Assembly (NCBI GenBank): GCA_965225945.1
Contig: CBDDBZ010000039.1
Location: 32,001 to 96,000 of the forward strand
Direction: 5' to 3'
Length of the DNA: 64,000 nt
Source: Alphaproteobacteria bacterium
GTDB lineage: Bacteria; Pseudomonadota; Alphaproteobacteria; GCA-2731375
Shown here: positions 51,653 to 62,084 of the stretch, in pieces
Layout: the number at the start of each line of letters is the position of its first letter
How positions within the stretch are numbered: the first letter of the stretch is position 1
Program-made: the position numbers and the translations under genes
Notes under the pieces: model-generated
Seen by the model: only the letters and a program-made list of their open reading frames with translations
What the model was told of the DNA's origin: nothing
The model's database searches: none

Positions 51653-52954
51653 CCCCCGCCGCAGCGAACGCGGGTTGTTTGGCGTCTCCGGAAATTCCCA
51701 CGATAATTCAGCAGGTTGCGCCGTATGAGTGCGCCAAATTGAGGCAGAGAGACCTCAGTGACGGCCGAATATCGACCGAAACTGAAGACCGTCTCCGCCG
51801 GCCGACTTTCATGACCCCAGTTTTGCGTGATGGTCGACGCCAAGCGGTCAATCGAAGCCCAGCAGACGGCGCTGGTCGCCCCACATTGGCGGCAATGAAA
51901 CTAGACGCTTGAGCCTGGATACATTCAGCTCGATGGGCTGGCAGCCGACCAAGATCGCGGAGACGATATCGGGCGCCCGATAGGCCAGCGCCAAAATCTT
52001 CCCGACGTCGCCGCGATCGGCGCCATGATGTCGTGCGAGGTTCGTGACGGAGTTGGCCTTGCCGGACATCAGCTCATCCCTCCAGAGACGCGCCGTTGCC
52101 AGGAGGGAGACCATCTCGGCATCGGGAGGAGCCGACTCCATACTCTCGCCGGTGAGTATGACCTTCGCCTCGACACCGCGCCGACGGACCTGGGTCGAGA
52201 CCGTCATCTCGGCCGTAACGGGATGCAGTTCAATGCTTTCGTCCAACGCATTGCCAAGCAACCGCTTGGCCAATGCCTGACGGTCGACGATGATCTCGAG
52301 GGCATCGGTATCGACACCGACACGCCGGACCCAGGCGATTTCTCGATGCAGCCCTGGCTCGCGATCGCCCATGGCCAATCGATCCGCCAGGGCCACCGCC
52401 GCACCGGCCATCGATTTCAGGTCGACGGTGCCGAGGCTTTCGAGATCCAGCGTCTTCATCACCCGTATGGGATCGCGCAGGAACTCGGCCAGGCCGCGAA
52501 GAATGGCAGCTTCGATGGTCTCGGCTCGTAGTCGCCAAAGATCTTCGTTCGGCACAGGCGCGTCGTCGGATTGCCGCGACACATAGTATCGATATCGCCG
52601 ATCTCCCTTTTGGGCATGCGTCGGAGACATCAGCCTCCCTCGAGGATCGAACAAGCGCCCCTTGAAGAGATGCCGAGAGGGTTGATTTCTCGCGTGGTGC
52701 CGCCGCGCCGAGTTGCCGCGGAACTGTTCCTGCGCCGCCTCCCAGGTGGCCCGATCAACGATGGCCTCATGCAGGCCCGGGTAGATTTCCCTCTTGTGCC
52801 GGATCTCTCCGACGTAGATCGGGTTCTGCAGCAGCTTATGGTGTTAGCGGTGGTTCCAGGGTGCGCTTATATGGTGCTCTTTTTGAGCGGTCGGTGGCGG
52901 TTGGCTGACGGGATGCTTTTGGGCTTGGCTGATTTTGTTTCGCGCTGTGGCTAT

Positions 52955-53851
52955 TCAGTCGAGGGGCCGGTCATCGATCTGGAGCGGTTCGCCGGCGCGG
53001 TCGCGCATGAGCATGTCGTTCCAGTCCAGGCCGTCGAGGGCAGGGCGCAGGCGGACGACCCTGCTGTCGTTTCGGATGAGCCGTGCCGCGGCGTCATCGC
53101 CCTGGCGGGTGGCGTCGTAGGCGCAGAAGATCCGGCCGGGGTTCCAGGCCTCGATCCATTCGGGGAGGCTTGCGGTGGCGCCGCCGGTTGAGACCACGGC
53201 GCATCCCTTGCGCCCGGCCGGGACGAGGTGGAGGGAGAGGACCGACAGGGCGTCGATTGCGTTCTTGGCGAGGATGACGGAGTTCGGCCAGTCGGGTTCC
53301 CACGACATCCAGAAGCCGCCGCGCGCGGCGGCGCCGGTCGGCGCGAGGCGGCGTGGCGCCGCGGCAGGGACGATCTCGGCGCCGAGAGCCTCGCCGGCCG
53401 CGTTTCGGCGGACGAACACGGCGTTGCCGTGGCGGTCGGCGTAGAGCAAGCCGAGGTCGCGGCACAGGGCGACGAGCACATCCGCGAGGCCGCGCTGCTC
53501 GACGAGGTAGCTCTGGATGGCGGGCCAGTGGCGGTCCGGGCACGGCGGCTTCGGGTGGCGATCGGCCGGGAACCGGTCACGGCACGGCAGTTCCGAGAAG
53601 AAGCCGAGGGCCTCGGGCACGGTGCACCGGCAGGCATGGATTACCAGGTCGATCGCTCCGCCCCCGCCCTCGCCGCGCAGATGTTCGTAGAACATAAAGC
53701 CGTTGATGCTGACGACGGATCCGGGACGCCTCCAGCGCGCGGCATCGGTGGGATCGCGGCGGTAGCCGAGGCGGCGGACGACGTCTTCGAGGGGATAGCC
53801 TCGCAGGGCCTCGGCCCGCACCCGCCGGTCCCAGAGGCGGGGACCATCCAT
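52955..53851 (-). CDS. DUF3991/Toprim-like protein inside IS21 (catalytic acidic residues appear degenerate)
   Basis: GGGGAIDLV.H, YLVEQRGL...LYADRHGNAVF, KNAIDALS, AYDAT..G, DWND. Confidence 0.7.
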   Translation of the reverse strand: MDGPRLWDRRVRAEALRGYPLEDVVRRLGYRRDPTDAARWRRPGSVVSINGFMFYEHLRGEGGGGAIDLVIHACRCTVPEALGFFSELPCRDRFPADRHPKPPCPDRHWPAIQSYLVEQRGLADVLVALCRDLGLLYADRHGNAVFVRRNAAGEALGAEIVPAAAPRRLAPTGAAARGGFWMSWEPDWPNSVILAKNAIDALSVLSLHLVPAGRKGCAVVSTGGATASLPEWIEAWNPGRIFCAYDATRQGDDAAARLIRNDSRVVRLRPALDGLDWNDMLMRDRAGEPLQIDDRPLD

Positions 53852-53853
53852 GG

Positions 53854-54642
53854 CTACGCCGGCGGCGGTTCCCCGCGGTCCTGCGCGCCGGCCTTGCCGG
53901 CTCGCCGCCGGCGGCGCTCGGCGCTGCGCTGCTTCTGGCGTTCCTCGGCCTCCTTGCGGCGCCAGGACTCGCCGTCGATGGCGATGATCTCGGCGTTGTG
54001 GACGAGGCGGTCGACCAGGGCGACGAGGCAGGCGGCGTTGGGGAAGGCCTCACCCCACTCGGCGAAGGGCCGGTTGGTGGTGATTATGGTGGAGTTCTGC
54101 TGGCTGCGGCTGGAGACGATGTTGAACAGCAGATCGGCATGGCGGTTGCTGTAGGACAGGTATCCGACCTCGTCGATCACCAGCAGGTGCTGGCGGGCGT
54201 AGAAGCGCAGCCTGCGCTGAAGCAGGGTGTCGCTGTCGAGGGCGGCGAGCTCGCCGAGCATGCTGGCCGCGGTGGCGAAGCGCACGGTGTGGCCCTCGAG
54301 GACGGCGCGGTGGGCGATATTGGCGGCGATGGTCGACTTGCCGACGCCGTTTGGGCCGACCAGGACGACGTTGGCGGCCTCGTTGAGGAACTCGAGGCTC
54401 ATGAGATCCTCGACGGCCATGCGGTCGCAGCGGCGCGGCCATGCCCAGTCGAAGTCGGCGAGCGGCTTGAACTGTCCGAGGCGGGCGTCGCCGAGGCGGC
54501 GCTTGAGGCTGCGGCTTCGCCGTTCCTCCTCTTCCCAGGCGACCAGCGCAGCGGGCCAGTCATGCCCGGCGACCTCGCCCCAGTGGGCGGCGAGGCCGTG
54601 CAGGCCGAGCGCCCGGGCACGGCCCATGAGGGTATCGTTCAT
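53854..54642 (-). CDS. istB: IS21 helper AAA+ ATPase
   Basis: [42 protein letters not shown]. Confidence 0.95.
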   Translation of the reverse strand: MNDTLMGRARALGLHGLAAHWGEVAGHDWPAALVAWEEEERRSRSLKRRLGDARLGQFKPLADFDWAWPRRCDRMAVEDLMSLEFLNEAANVVLVGPNGVGKSTIAANIAHRAVLEGHTVRFATAASMLGELAALDSDTLLQRRLRFYARQHLLVIDEVGYLSYSNRHADLLFNIVSSRSQQNSTIITTNRPFAEWGEAFPNAACLVALVDRLVHNAEIIAIDGESWRRKEAEERQKQRSAERRRRRAGKAGAQDRGEPPPA

Positions 54643-56144
54643 TGCTCGCTGTCCTCCTCGGGTTCGCCGGCCAGCCCGTCGTATCCGACGAGGTCGTGAT
54701 CGCGGACAGTGATGTCGCGCACTCTCGGATCGCCGGGCAGTTCGACGGGGATGGGCGGGGGTTGGTGCCGCAGCTCGCGCCGCCGGGTCAGGCTCAGGCG
54801 CACGGCGTTGGGATGGGGAACGTCCCGCTTCAGGGCCTCGTCGATGGCCGCCTCGAGCTCGGCGGCGCCGTAGGCGTCGAGGAGGCGCAACAGGGCGGCG
54901 ACGGTGGCGCCTATATAGCCGCCGCGCTGGGCGGCCTCGGCGAGCAGGCGCTCGCTGTTGGGCGCGGCCTGGACCAGCCGGTCCTGGCCGCGAAGGCGGC
55001 GGGCATGGCTCTTGCGCCTGACCAGCTCGGCGATGTGCTCGGGGTTCTCGATGCGGGCCGCCTTGTCGAAGCTGCGCGGATGGCTGGCGATGACGTCCAC
55101 ACCGTCGAGGATGCGCACCTCGTCGAGCGTCGCGACCACGACGAGGGTGCGCCGCACATGGGTGTGCGGCACGCTGTAATCGTTGAGATCGAAGCGGGCG
55201 TAGGGGGTCTTGCCGATGGCGACCTCGACCCGGTCGTGGTCGGGGAAGGGATCGCCGGGCAGCGCGATGAGAGAGCCGCGTTCCCGCTCGAAGGCCTCGC
55301 GCACGGTGATCGAGCGGTCTTCGGGCCAGGGGCGGTCGGCGGCGATGCCGTGGCACCAGGCCAGGGCCTGGGCGTTGAGATCGTCGATATCGCGCCACCG
55401 GCGGGCGGCGAAGAAGCTGGTCCGGACATAGCGAATCGCCCGCTCCACGCGCCCCTTCTCGTTGCCGCGCGCGACCGCGACGGGCTTGGGCAGGAAGTGG
55501 TAGTGGCCGGCGAGGTCGAGGATCCGGGGATTGAACCGGATGGCGGCGCCGCGGCGCTCCAGCACGACGCTCTTCAGGTTGTCGTACCAGAGCTCGCGGG
55601 GCACGCCCTGCCACGCCTCGAAGGCTTCGACATGGCCGCGCAGGAAGTTGCTCATCCCGGCGTCGAGGTAGAAGCGCAGGAAGATCCGCCGCGAGTAGCT
55701 GAGAACCATCACGAAGCCCATCAGGCGGCGCTCCGCGCGGCCGATCGTCACCTTGCCGAAGTGTCCCCAGTCGACCTGGGCCTGCTCGCCGGGAAGGGTC
55801 TTGAGGCGCAGATAGGCCTCGGCCACGGGCCTGGGCCTGAAGTGGCTGAGCAGATGACGGAAGTGGTCGCCGCCGCCCGGATAGCCGCGTTCGCGCACCA
55901 TCTGGTAGAGCCGGCTGGCGGGCAGCGTCGGCCAGGATGCCAGCGTCTCGGCGATGAACGGCACGTATGGATCGATCATCGACGGCCTGGGCGACCTCGC
56001 GTCCCGGGGCTCGCCGGCCGCGGTGAGGAGGCGCTCGACGGTGTAGCGATGCACGCCGAGCTGGCGTGTGATCGTGCCGACCGTCCACTTCTCGACGTGA
56101 TACAGGCGCAGGATCTCCGCGCGGGTCTCCTTGTCGATGGTCAT
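54639..56144 (-). CDS. istA: IS21 transposase
   Basis: [34 protein letters not shown]. Confidence 0.95.
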   Translation of the reverse strand: MTIDKETRAEILRLYHVEKWTVGTITRQLGVHRYTVERLLTAAGEPRDARSPRPSMIDPYVPFIAETLASWPTLPASRLYQMVRERGYPGGGDHFRHLLSHFRPRPVAEAYLRLKTLPGEQAQVDWGHFGKVTIGRAERRLMGFVMVLSYSRRIFLRFYLDAGMSNFLRGHVEAFEAWQGVPRELWYDNLKSVVLERRGAAIRFNPRILDLAGHYHFLPKPVAVARGNEKGRVERAIRYVRTSFFAARRWRDIDDLNAQALAWCHGIAADRPWPEDRSITVREAFERERGSLIALPGDPFPDHDRVEVAIGKTPYARFDLNDYSVPHTHVRRTLVVVATLDEVRILDGVDVIASHPRSFDKAARIENPEHIAELVRRKSHARRLRGQDRLVQAAPNSERLLAEAAQRGGYIGATVAALLRLLDAYGAAELEAAIDEALKRDVPHPNAVRLSLTRRRELRHQPPPIPVELPGDPRVRDITVRDHDLVGYDGLAGEPEEDSEQ

Positions 56145-56581
56145 CTCACCCCCTTTCCCGTCGGGCGCAGCCCCGGATAGACCGCCTGCCCGCAGAACCG
56201 GCCGCAGCGATCGCAGCGGAAGACCCTGGCGGGCCGCTCGTGCCCGAAGGGCCGTGTTCCGGGACGCCCTGCCGGCGTCCGCACCACAACAGGACGCCGC
56301 CGCGCGGCGGTCAAAGGGTGATGCGTCACTTCCTGCCCGCGGCGCCGATTCACCGGCGTCCGGCGCCGTCGGCGTTCGCGATAGCGCCGCTGGCGCTCAG
56401 CATGCTTGTGACGGCCCCGCCGGCTGTTCTGGTAGCGCTGCCCGGCATGGCGCTGCGATCGCCGGCGCACCCGATCGCTGCAGCTCCGTGAACAGTAGAT
56501 GTTGCCGTGGTCGCAGTGCCGGCAGAGAACCACCTGTTGATGGCACGAGGCGCAGTTGAACAGGCGGGCGGTGTTCTTCAT
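56141..56581 (-). CDS. Cys-rich, basic accessory protein upstream of istA
   Basis: CASC...[15 protein letters not shown]...RYQ...HAERQRRYR...CDRCG; stop overlaps the istA start. Confidence 0.75.
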   Translation of the reverse strand: MKNTARLFNCASCHQQVVLCRHCDHGNIYCSRSCSDRVRRRSQRHAGQRYQNSRRGRHKHAERQRRYRERRRRRTPVNRRRGQEVTHHPLTAARRRPVVVRTPAGRPGTRPFGHERPARVFRCDRCGRFCGQAVYPGLRPTGKGVR

Positions 56582-57681
56582 CGCGCAGCCGATGAGAACG
56601 GGGTGGACCCACGCCCAAACCCGCACGATACTGCGCATATGGGTCGTGCCTTGCATGGCTCGGGGGGTGCGGTGCCGGTCGTTGCCAGCAAGCAAACGGG
56701 GCCGGCGCCGCATCGTTCTCAGCGGCCCGAGTGTACTCCCGCGGCTCCCCTTGTCAGGTCCGCGGAACCGCCGCCGCCAGCCAGCCAAAACAGGAATCGA
56801 GACGCCCGCCCGCGGTGGATAAGCAGCCCGCCGCCGCCAGACTCTTGGCGGTCGCTGCGGCGGGCTACTTACCCACCGCTGCGCCGAGCCAACTCCCGCC
56901 TGCAAACCACGCAGCTACAGCGCCACGATGCCCGATGTCGCTGAAATCACCATCTAAGCGCGGTTTTTCATCGCCACCGACATATGGAGATGGCCCGACG
57001 TGAACGGCGCGTACCCCGGCCGCTTCTGATTGTTGGGACCGCGCGCCTTGGTGCGAAGTCCCATCCGATCCGCCGCCTCGTGGACTTTGTCCACCGTGCC
57101 CAGTTCGAGATAGAGCCGGAACAGGGTTCGGACGGTTTCCGCCTCTTGCTCGTTGACGATGAGCTTCCGATCCGCGGCGTCGTAGCCGAGCGGCACGAGG
57201 CCCCCCATCCACATGCCCTTCTTTTTCGAGGCGGCGATCTTGTCGCGGATCCGCTCGGCAGTGACCTCGCGCTCGAACTGGGCGAAGGACAGCAGCACGT
57301 TCAGGGTCAACCGCCCCATCGAGGTCGTGGTGTTGAACTGCTGGGTGACCGAGACGAACGACACCTCGTGGCGCTCGAAGACATCGACCAGCTTGGCGAA
57401 GTCGGTGAGCGAACGACTGAGGCGGTCCACCTTGTAGGTGACGATGATCTGGATCTTGCCGTCCTCGATGTCCTTTAGCAGGCGTCGGAGCCCCGGCCGC
57501 TCCATGTTGCCGCCGCTGAACCCGCCATCGTCGTAACGGGTCGGACTTGCATGCCACCCCTCGCCAACTTGGCTGGCGATGAAGGCGGCGCAGGCTTCGC
57601 GCTGGGCATCGAGCGAGTTGAAGTCCTGGTCCAACCCCTCCTCGGTCGACTTGCGGGTGTAGACGGCGCAGCGGAGCCGTC

Positions 57682-58140
57682 TCATGGCTTACCCCTCGTC
57701 ACGAGGCCGAAGAAGCGGGGTCCGGACCACTTGGCACCCGTGATCGCGCGGGCCACGGCGGTGAGGGAGGGATAGGTACAGCCCTGCCAGAGGAAGCCCC
57801 CATCGACGGCGTCGACCACATGGTTTCGTCCGTTCCACTCTCGAACCAAGCGGCTGCCGACGGATACGGAAGCGGTGTTGGGCGTCCGTGACCGAGCGTC
57901 GCTTTCGTTGCTGAGCCTCGCGCCGTCTCTCAGCCGGCGCCGGGCCACGGCGGACAAGCCGCCATGGCACTCGGCCTGCATCTCATAGGCGACCGCGAGG
58001 ATGATGAGGCGGCGGCTCATGCCTTTCAGAACGCTACGGTCGAAGAGCTGTTGCCATCGCTCGATCAGCTCGTCTCGAGGGAGATCGGCGAGTTGCTCGA
58101 TCTCCCCCTTCAGATCGCCATGCTTCTTTCGATCCGACAT
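57682..58140 (-). CDS. DUF2924 domain protein
   Basis: EL..RW, AYEMQ...GGLS, GSRLVREWNG, SLTAVARAITGAKWSGPRFFGL. Confidence 0.9.
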   Translation of the reverse strand: MSDRKKHGDLKGEIEQLADLPRDELIERWQQLFDRSVLKGMSRRLIILAVAYEMQAECHGGLSAVARRRLRDGARLSNESDARSRTPNTASVSVGSRLVREWNGRNHVVDAVDGGFLWQGCTYPSLTAVARAITGAKWSGPRFFGLVTRGKP

Positions 58141-58152
58141 GTTGGCGACCCG

Positions 58153-58665
58153 TCAGCTACCCTCGACGATGCGGTAGATGCGTCCACGGATCTCGTCGGC
58201 TTCGGACGTGATGGTAAGGCCCAGCTTCTTCTTGAGCGCGCCACTGATCGCGCCGCGGATCGAATGGGCCTGCCAGCCGGTCACTTCCATCGCCTCGACG
58301 ATACTCCCACCTTCGGGTCGCGACAGCAGGGTGACGAGTTGGTCGCGCTTGGTTTGTCGGCAGGGAGCACCATCCCTCGTCTCCGCATGGCGATCGTCCG
58401 ACTTGACGTCAAGGCCGATCGCCCGCCGACCATCGTCGGTCAGGGCGAGCATCAATCGCTCGCGGTCTTTGCTCTCGCGCCAAATCTCGGCGCCACCGAC
58501 CGCCGCCCGCTCCTCGACGACTCCCGCCTTGAGCATTCGATTGAGCGTGCGACGTATAGTTTCGGGTGTCACTTTCAACTTGGCCGGCACCGGGAGGACG
58601 GCGCCATTGGCGCGCCGCGCGGCGGCGGACAGGATGACGAGCTGAGTATCGTTTAGCTTGGTCAT
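58153..58665 (-). CDS. DUF3489 domain protein
   Basis: KLNDTQLVILSAAA, TKRDQLVTLL.RPEG, TGWQAHSIRGAISGALKKKLGL, RIYRI. Confidence 0.9.
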   Translation of the reverse strand: MTKLNDTQLVILSAAARRANGAVLPVPAKLKVTPETIRRTLNRMLKAGVVEERAAVGGAEIWRESKDRERLMLALTDDGRRAIGLDVKSDDRHAETRDGAPCRQTKRDQLVTLLSRPEGGSIVEAMEVTGWQAHSIRGAISGALKKKLGLTITSEADEIRGRIYRIVEGS

Positions 58666-58790
58666 GGGTGGTCTCCATCGTCTCGGGCGTCGCGGCAATC
58701 GCGATGCTCCCACCACCCAGAGCCCCGCCGACAGTCCGGCCGGGCCTCGCGGCCCGGGTCATTCGCCGGGGCGCGTCAATGCACAGCAAT

Positions 58791-59131
58791 GCTTGCCTTG
58801 GCGGGGAAGTCCAGTCGTTTCAGAGGGTTTCCTTGTCCCGACTTTGGCCTTGATCAGCGGCCGTATTGGCGATGACGGAGATCGCGGCGGAAAGCGTGGT
58901 AATGTCCCGAGCCGTCGCCTCCAGGCACCGCGCACTCCCGACAAGGCTCTCCCGCGGCCGCCTGGCGTCCTGGCCCTCGACAGCGATCTCGTGCGCCTCT
59001 TCGAGGCGCTCGGTTAGGAGCGCAAAGAGCTGATGGATAAGATCCCGATTGTCGTCGTCCAAGGCAGCCCTCCCCTTCGGCAACACCAAACAGGGCTTGC
59101 CGGGCGGGTGAAGTCCAGGACTTTCAGAGGG
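58791..59131 (-). promoter_or_regulatory. two 37-bp direct repeats (58791-58827 and 59095-59131), each upstream of a gene
   Basis: gcttgcc-N8-gaagtccag-N3-tttcagaggg in both copies. Confidence 0.65.
58820..59062 (-). CDS. small hypothetical protein
   Basis: DDDNRDLIHQLFALLTERLEEAHEIAVEGQ; TTG start with a ggggaggg RBS. Confidence 0.65.
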   Translation of the reverse strand: MDDDNRDLIHQLFALLTERLEEAHEIAVEGQDARRPRESLVGSARCLEATARDITTLSAAISVIANTAADQGQSRDKETL

Positions 59132-59182
59132 ACGTCACCAAGATCGGCTCGGGCAAGGTTGGATCCATCGTCGCTCGCTCTC

Positions 59183-59611
59183 TCATGACAGATCTTCTAG
59201 TCTCGCTTGGACTTCTTGCGCGTACTTCTCCCATTCCGCCATCGGCATTGTCTCAGGCGCGATAATGTAACCAGCCGGTTGATCCGGCTCTTGTGGCCCG
59301 TATTTCTTCAGAAGCCTGTGCACTTCGTCGTGCGCTCGGACATCACCCTTGAGAGCGAGATCGCGGAGCGTGAGAATCACGAGTTCAAACGTGGTGCGGC
59401 GGCCAGACCTGCCACCTTCGTTGACGCGATGGACCTCAGAGGCAATCTTCTCGACGATGCCTTTTCGACCCTCGGCTCCCTTCGGCCTTCCTTTGCGGTG
59501 GCCCGACCGCCCGGGTTTGAAGCGCGAGTGTTTGGGCGGGTTTCCGTAGCCAACCTTTTCATCATTTCCATTCTCCTCGGCTTCAGGTTTCCGATCATCC
59601 GTATTCGACAT
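59183..59611 (-). CDS. DUF5681 domain protein
   Basis: VGYGNPPKHSRFKPGRSGHRKGRPKG...ALKGD.RA. Confidence 0.85.
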   Translation of the reverse strand: MSNTDDRKPEAEENGNDEKVGYGNPPKHSRFKPGRSGHRKGRPKGAEGRKGIVEKIASEVHRVNEGGRSGRRTTFELVILTLRDLALKGDVRAHDEVHRLLKKYGPQEPDQPAGYIIAPETMPMAEWEKYAQEVQARLEDLS

Positions 59612-59622
59612 CGGTGATCCTC

Positions 59623-60102
59623 CTAATATGATTCCAGTCGGGCGCGGGCCTCATCTGTCAAACCGTCATGCTCTCCGGGCCATGGCGGCGGGCCATGCAT
59701 CGCGAACATCTCCATCCACTTGTCCCAATCCCAGCAGCGCGGCACGACCAGTACTCCGCCCAGGGGCATCGGTTTCGGGGGAGGTGGGCTGATCTCGTAC
59801 GTCTCGCATAACCGAATGAAACGGAGGGCGGCGCCAAGGTACTTTTCATTGATGGCCCGCCCGACGAGCTTGCGGGTGCTCGCCTCGAATAGCGTCAGCT
59901 GTCGCACCGTGCCGGAAACCCTGACAGTGACGGGTTCTTCGAGGACTTTCCCGATGTCGATGGACTCCGGCTTCACCTTCCTGGGACGGCCGAGCTCGTT
60001 CCCACTCTTCCTAGGCTTGAACTGGTGTTCCTTCGGCGGCTTGCGATAGCCCACCCGGTAATCACCGTCGTCGGAACCCCCATTGTCGTTGCTCGTGCTC
60101 AT
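59623..60102 (-). CDS. DUF5681 domain protein (second paralog)
   Basis: YRVGYRKPPKEHQFKPRKSGNELGRPRK. Confidence 0.82.
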   Translation of the reverse strand: MSTSNDNGGSDDGDYRVGYRKPPKEHQFKPRKSGNELGRPRKVKPESIDIGKVLEEPVTVRVSGTVRQLTLFEASTRKLVGRAINEKYLGAALRFIRLCETYEISPPPPKPMPLGGVLVVPRCWDWDKWMEMFAMHGPPPWPGEHDGLTDEARARLESY

Positions 60103-60120
60103 GATCCTTCTCCCTGAACA

Positions 60121-60234
60121 GTTACGGTAGGAATGCGCATTGCTGCGCACCCCCCGCGGTTACGGTAGGAATGCGCATTGCTGCGCACCCCCCGCGGTTA
60201 CGGTAGGAATGCGCATTGCTGCGCACCCCCCGCG
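60121..60234 (-). repeat. 3 x 38-bp exact tandem repeat equal to group II intron domain VI plus 3' terminus
   Basis: gttacggtaggaatgcgcattgctgcgcaccccccgcg at 60121, 60159 and 60197. Confidence 0.95.
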
Positions 60235-62084
60235 CAGATCCGGACGTGGTCGTTGAACCATCCGGCTCCTACCTCGGGTGCTTGACGGCAAACCGCTGGT
60301 CCGGCCATGGGTGGCGGATGGAGGCGCGTGGCCACAGGATTTCGGTCATGCGCTCCAGTCGCTTCCAACTAAATCGGGCTCGCTGGGACCGGCGGCGTAG
60401 CGCCCGCATCCACCGGCGTTGCAGCCTGCGGAGGAACGCACGGATGAACCGGCCTGACCCTGGGACGGCAAAGTAGTTGAGCCAGCCATTGCAGACTCGC
60501 CCCAGCCACCTACCAACTTCCCAGATGTCGTGGTGCCAGCGCTTGCGGAGCACCTCGTCGATGCGCGCCAGGGTCCTGTTGACCCGTTTGGCGACCGGTT
60601 TGCGACCAAGCCGAAAGCGTCCTCTCAGGGTCGTCGTGCAATAGTGCGTGAGGCCCAGAAAGTCGAAAGTCTCCGGCTTGCCCACCCCGCGCTGGCGCCG
60701 GTTCAAATCCGCGAACCGGCCAAACTCCACGAGGCGGGTCTTGTCCTGGTGGAGGCTGAGACCGAACCGGGCCAGCCTCTCCCGAACGTCGCGGAGGTAC
60801 CGCTCCGCATCCCGCTTGTGTTGGAACCCGACAACGATATCGTCAGCGTAACGGACGATGATCGCTTCGCCATCCGGGACGTTCGGGCGCCATTTCTTGT
60901 GGAACCACAAGTCGAGCACGTAATGCAGGAACACGTTCGCCAAGACGGGGGAGACTATTGCCCCCTGCGGCGTGCCCATACCCGTATCTGCCCATGACCC
61001 ACTCTCTATGACGCCGGCGTTCAGCCATTTCCGGATCAGACGGATGACCCGCCTGTCTCCGATGCGGTGCTCTAGGAACGTGATCAACCAATCCCGCGGG
61101 ATCGTGTCGAAGTACGCCCGGAGGTCTGCATCGACTATCCAGCTGACCTTGCGCCGTTCTATCCCGAAGGCCAGGGCATCGAGCGCATCGTGCGCCCCCC
61201 GCCCCGGTCGGAACCCGTAGCTGAAGCCAAGAAACACCACCTCGTAGATCGGTGTCAGGATCACATCCACAACCGCCTTCTGGACGACCTTGTCCTCCAG
61301 CGCCGCGATCCCGAGCGGTCGTGTCCCCCCGTCCGGCTTGGGTATCTCTACCCGCCGAACCGGCGGCGCCCGGTACGCTCCCCCTCTGTGCAGGCGCCGG
61401 TGCAGGTCGAGCAGGCGCTCATCCAGACCCTCGCCGTACATGTCCCACGTAACGCCGTCGACACCGGCTGCTGCGTCCTTCTTCAATGCGAAGTAGGCCG
61501 CACCGAGCGCGTCCGGCGTAATGTGGTGGAAGAGCGCAGTGAGACGTTCCTTCGGGTTTCTCTCTGCAGCTTTCCGTATCCGGGCCGCCGCCTGTGGCAC
61601 GCTTACCCGACACTGTGTTCGGCGCGTGCTTTGGCAATCCGGATTCCCCTTGGTTGAGGCCCTTTCCTCCGGCGACTCCGCAGAAGCTCGCGCTCCCTTG
61701 TTCGCCGCCCTCACAGGTCGTACGGCCTCATCCGACTTCTTCAAACCGTTCATCATAGGCTTCGGTTTTCTCCATTCCCTACGCGGCCCCTTTACGACAA
61801 CCGGGGCAGTTTGAAGACCTCCCAGGGTCCCAACAGAAGGCGTGCGAACGTGCATGGGTTCTCTGACACCGCGGGGCTCGCCGACATCTCACCAAAACGA
61901 CGCCTGCGATATTGCCTTCGACCGATCTGAAAGCCTCGGCACCCCGGACCATCGCTTTTACGGTGCTCAATAGCCCTGCCCATCCATGCCGCTACCGACG
62001 CTTCGCCTGCCCCCTCACGGGAGCCAACGCACGGCTCGCGGAGAAACGTGGTTCGGTTACTCCTTCGTTCCGGGGGACTTGCAC
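60197..62084 (-). mobile_element. group II intron (bacterial class E/F-like), 5' end apparently missing
   Basis: DV gAGCcggatg...cacgtccggatc follows the ORF stop; DVI has a bulged A and an AAC end; DI-like motifs (aggtgcaagtcc, gctattgagc); no GUGYG start found. Confidence 0.88.
60269..61756 (-). CDS. ltrA: group II intron reverse transcriptase/maturase, no En domain
   Basis: AAGVDG, IPKPDG..RPLGI, SYGFRPGR..HDAL, GTPQG..SP.LAN..LH, RYADD, FDFLG, GWLNYF. Confidence 0.95.
   Translation of the reverse strand: MMNGLKKSDEAVRPVRAANKGARASAESPEERASTKGNPDCQSTRRTQCRVSVPQAAARIRKAAERNPKERLTALFHHITPDALGAAYFALKKDAAAGVDGVTWDMYGEGLDERLLDLHRRLHRGGAYRAPPVRRVEIPKPDGGTRPLGIAALEDKVVQKAVVDVILTPIYEVVFLGFSYGFRPGRGAHDALDALAFGIERRKVSWIVDADLRAYFDTIPRDWLITFLEHRIGDRRVIRLIRKWLNAGVIESGSWADTGMGTPQGAIVSPVLANVFLHYVLDLWFHKKWRPNVPDGEAIIVRYADDIVVGFQHKRDAERYLRDVRERLARFGLSLHQDKTRLVEFGRFADLNRRQRGVGKPETFDFLGLTHYCTTTLRGRFRLGRKPVAKRVNRTLARIDEVLRKRWHHDIWEVGRWLGRVCNGWLNYFAVPGSGRFIRAFLRRLQRRWMRALRRRSQRARFSWKRLERMTEILWPRASIRHPWPDQRFAVKHPR

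Larger units (their letters stand above)
52842..56982 (-). mobile_element. IS21-family element with accessory genes (4141 bp)
   Basis: TG...CA ends, imperfect IRs sharing gcgctta.atggtg, 5-bp TSD tatgg at 52837-52841 and 56983-56987. Confidence 0.92.
51848..57685 (-). pseudogene. large serine recombinase split by IS21
   Basis: CAVYTRKS...SLDAQR, YKVDRLSRS. Removing the IS and one TSD restores GHLH-KLLQNPIYVG and a 1692-nt frame. Confidence 0.92.
51613..60120 (-). mobile_element. integrative element module: DUF5681 x2 - hypothetical - DUF3489 - DUF2924 - large serine recombinase - att (right boundary uncertain)
   Basis: Co-oriented gene set typical of alphaproteobacterial recombinase islands, ending at a tRNA fragment. 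Confidence 0.7.

Noticed and set aside
52955-53851. Functional plasmid primase or replicon
   Set aside because: It lies inside the IS21 ends, the catalytic acidic residues are altered, and no rep or oriT context is present.
60121-60234. CRISPR array (palindromic repeats of CRISPR-like length)
   Set aside because: The copies are directly adjacent with no spacers, there are no cas genes, and the unit is intron DVI.
60269-61756. Retron, DGR or defence RT
   Set aside because: The RT has typical group II intron motifs with DV/DVI immediately downstream; no TR/VR pair or msr-msd is seen.
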